From contig NEEC01000237.1 in the NCBI GenBank assembly GCA_002189035.1, positions 1-26,872 of the forward strand: DNA of 26,872 bases, given 5' to 3'. Shown piece after piece: positions 24,236 through 26,872 of this stretch; position 1 is the stretch's first letter; each line of letters starts with the position of its first letter. The notes under the pieces are model-generated. The model was not told the DNA's origin and did not search any database. It saw only the letters and a program-made list of their open reading frames with translations. This DNA comes from Utricularia gibba. Its lineage: Eukaryota > Plantae > Magnoliophyta. The translations under genes were made by a program, and so were the position numbers.

Positions 24236-26872
24236 GTGTGTCGTGCAAACGTGGCTCATCACGGTTTCAAGATATCGAAAAAATACGGAATGGTGCACGA
24301 GGCCTGCATCAGGTGTGGGTTGGAACACAACCGTGGCATTGTAAGGGATCGCCTCTAAAACAAAATTTCACACCTTCCAATGAAATGCATATGTTTTTAA
24401 AGCGAGAAATCCATTCGCGTCGAATCGGAAGTCCGAGTCGCATCATCGCGAACGTCGTGGCCACTTTGTGGCACAATTGAAGGCTAATATAAGGCAATAA
24501 TTCGAGCTCTGATATATTGTCGGACGACGAAGCTTCAAAAACGGAAGATGACCGCCTGGAATGAGCTTCGAAACGGTGTGTCGTGCGCAACGTGGCTCAT
24601 CACGGTTTCAAGATATCGACAAAATACGGAATGGTGCACGAGGCCTGCATCAGGTGTGGGTTGGAACACAACCGTGGCATTGTAAGGGATCGCCTCTAAA
24701 ACAAAAAATTTCACACCTTCCAATGAAATCCATATGTCTTGAAGCGAGAAAACCCATTCGCGTCGAATCGGAAGTCCGAGGTCGCATCATCGCGAACGTC
24801 GTGGCCACTTTGTGGCACAATTGAAGGCTAATATAAGGCAATAATTCGAGCTCTGATATATTGTCGGACGACGAAGCTTCAAAAAACGGAAGATGACCGC
24901 CCTGGAATGAGCTTCGAAACGGTGTGTCGTGCGCAACGTGGCTCATCACGGTTTTCAAGATATCGACAAAATACGGAATGGTGCACGAGGCCTGCATCAG
25001 GTGTGGGTTGGAACACACCGTGCATTGTAAGGGATCGCCTCAAAACGAAAATTTCACACCTTCCAATGAAATGCATATGTTTTGAAGCGAGAAATCCATT
25101 TGCGTCGAATCGGAAGCCCGAGTCGCATCATCGCGAACGTCGTGGCCACTTTGTGGCACAATTGAAGGCTAATATAAGGCAATAATTCGAGCTCTGATAT
25201 ATTGTCGGACGACGAAGCTTCAAAAACGGAAGATGACCGCCCTGGAATGAGCTTCGAAACGGTGTGTCGTGCGCAACGTGGCTCATCACGGTTTCAAGAT
25301 ATCGACAAAATACGGAATGGTGCACGAGGCCTGCATCAGGTGTGGGTTGGAACACACCGTGGCATTGTAAGGGATCGCCTCTAAACAAAATTTCACACCT
25401 TCCAATGAAATCCATATGTTTTGAAAGCGAGAAATCCCATTCGCGTCGAATCGGAAGTCCGAGGTCGCATCATCGCGAACGTCGTGGCCACTTTGTGGCA
25501 CAATTGAAGGCTAATATAAGGCAATAATTCGAGCTCTGATATATTGTCGGACGACGAAGCTTCAAAAACGGAAGATGACCGCCTGGAATGAGCTTCGAAA
25601 CGGTGTGTCGTGCGCAACGTGGCTCATCACGGTTTCAAGATATCGACAAAATACGGAATGGTGCACGAGGCCTGCATCAGGTGTGGGTTGGAACACAACG
25701 TGCATTGTAAGGGATCGCCTCAAAACAAAATTTTCACACCTTCCAATGAAATGCATATGTTTTGAAGCGAGAAATCACATTTGCGTCGAATCGGAAGCCC
25801 CGAGTCGCATCATCGCGAACGTCGTGGCCACTTTGTGGCACAATTGAAGGCTAATATAAGGCAATAATTCGAGCTCTGATACATCGTCGGACGACGAAGC
25901 TTCAAAAACGGAAGATGACCGCTGGAATGAGCTTCGAAACGGTGTGTCGTGCGCAACGTGGCTCATCACGGTTTTCAAGATATCGAAAAATACGGAATGG
26001 TGCACGAGGCCTGCATCAGGTGTGGGTTGGAACACAACCGTGGCATTGTAAGGGATCGCCTCTAAAAAAATTTCACACCTTCCAATGAAATCCATATGTC
26101 TTGAAGCGAGAAAACCCATTCGCGTCGAATCGGAAGTCCGAGGTCGCATCATCGCGAACGTCGTGGCCACTTTGTGGCACAATTGAAGGGTAATATAAGG
26201 CAATAATTCGAGCTCTGATATATTGTCGAACGAAGCTTCAAAACGGAAGATGACCGCCCTGGAATGAGCTTCGAAACGGTGTGTCGTGCGCAACGTGGCT
26301 CATCACGGTTTTCAAGATATCGACAAAATACGGAATGGTGCACGAGGCCTGCATCAGGTGTGGGTTGGAACACACCGTGCATTGTAAGGGATCGCCTCTA
26401 AAACAAAAAATTTCACCTTCCAATGAAATGCATATGTTTTGCAAGCGAGAAATCACATTTGCGTCGAATTGGAAGCCCCGAGTCGCATCATCGCGAACGT
26501 CGTGGCCACTTTGTGGCACAATTGAAGGCTAATATAAGGCAATAATTTCGAGCTCTGATACATCGTCGGACGACGAAGCTTCAAAAACGGAAGATGACCG
26601 CCTGGAATGAGCTTCGAAACGGTGTGTCGTGCGCAACGTGGCTCATCACGGTTTTCAAGATATCGACAAAATACGGAATGGTGCACGAGGCCTGCATCAG
26701 GTGTGGGTTGGAACACAACCGTGGCATTGTAAGGGTTCGCCTCTAAAACAAAAATTTCATACCTTCAATGAAATCCATATGTCTTGAATGCGAGAAAACC
26801 CATTCGCGTCGAATCGGAAGTCCCGGTCGCATCATCGCGAACGTCGTGGCCACTTTGTGGCACAATTGAAGG
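24236..26872. repeat. Second alternating (dimer-like) tract using a different monomer pair
   Basis: Monomers at 24236, 24922, 25603 and 26279 have ATGCAT and ...CCGAGTC (the last three also CATTTGC and GCCC(C)GAG). Monomers at 24576, 25262, 25942 and 26622 have ATCCAT and GTCCGAGG (GTCCCGG in the last), three of them with TCTTGA and GAGAAAACCC. Confidence 0.7.

Larger units (their letters stand above)
1..26872. repeat. Tandem satellite DNA array, ~341-bp observed period (345-346 bp reconstructed monomer), ~78.7 copies, single orientation
   Basis: The anchor GTGTGTCGTG recurs at 1, 341, 682, 1021, 1365, 1705, 2048, 2393, 2733, 3076 ... 25942, 26279, 26622 (79 starts; (26622-1)/78 = 341.3 bp). 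Hand-built consensus: gtgtgtcgtgcgcaacgtggctcatcacggttttcaagatatcgacaaaatacggaatggtgcacgaggcctgcatcaggtgtgggttggaacacaaccgtggcattgtaagggatcgcctctaaaacgaaaatttcacaccttccaatgaaatgcatatgttttgcaagcgagaaatcccattcgcgtcgaatcggaagtccgaggtcgcatcatcgcgaacgtcgtggccactttgtggcacaattgaaggctaatataaggcaataattcgagctctgatatattgtcggacgacgaagcttcaaaa(a)cggaagatgaccgccctggaatgagcttcgaaacg (167 G+C of 345). No inversions, insertions or unique spacers were seen. Confidence 0.99.

Noticed and set aside
1-26872. The ~200 predicted ORFs (60-206 aa) on both strands
   Set aside because: All are re-translations of the same monomer, shift frame at homopolymer indels and resemble no protein family that I recognise.
1-26872. 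CRISPR array
   Set aside because: There are no unique spacers; the entire 341-bp unit repeats and no cas genes are present.
1-26872. Rolling-circle concatemer of a single viroid-sized (~345 nt) circle
   Set aside because: Copies carry several recurring sets of linked substitutions in ordered blocks, which one template plus random error cannot produce. I saw no pospiviroid central conserved region.

Overview
The whole 26,872-bp window is one uninterrupted, head-to-tail tandem satellite array with no unique sequence. I counted by hand 78 complete monomers plus a 251-bp partial one, all in the same orientation, with a mean observed period of about 341 bp. The reconstructed full-length consensus is 345-346 bp, about 48% GC and CpG-rich. 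No gene, transposon, CRISPR array or structural RNA gene is supported, and the many ORFs are translation artefacts of the repeat. The interesting signal is inside the repeat. (i) Monomers fall into recurring haplotype classes that follow each other non-randomly, with local two-monomer alternation and longer duplicated blocks. (ii) The monomer looks like an old, unequal internal duplication. (iii) It is rich in short dyad symmetries. (iv) On the minus strand a subset of monomers matches the type III hammerhead ribozyme layout (CUGAUGA, GAAA, stems I and III, GUU site) but with a poor stem II; this is a speculative lead only. Pervasive 1-bp homopolymer losses suggest noisy long-read or unpolished sequence, which limits fine-scale conclusions. 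All counts are manual; no alignment or database search was run.
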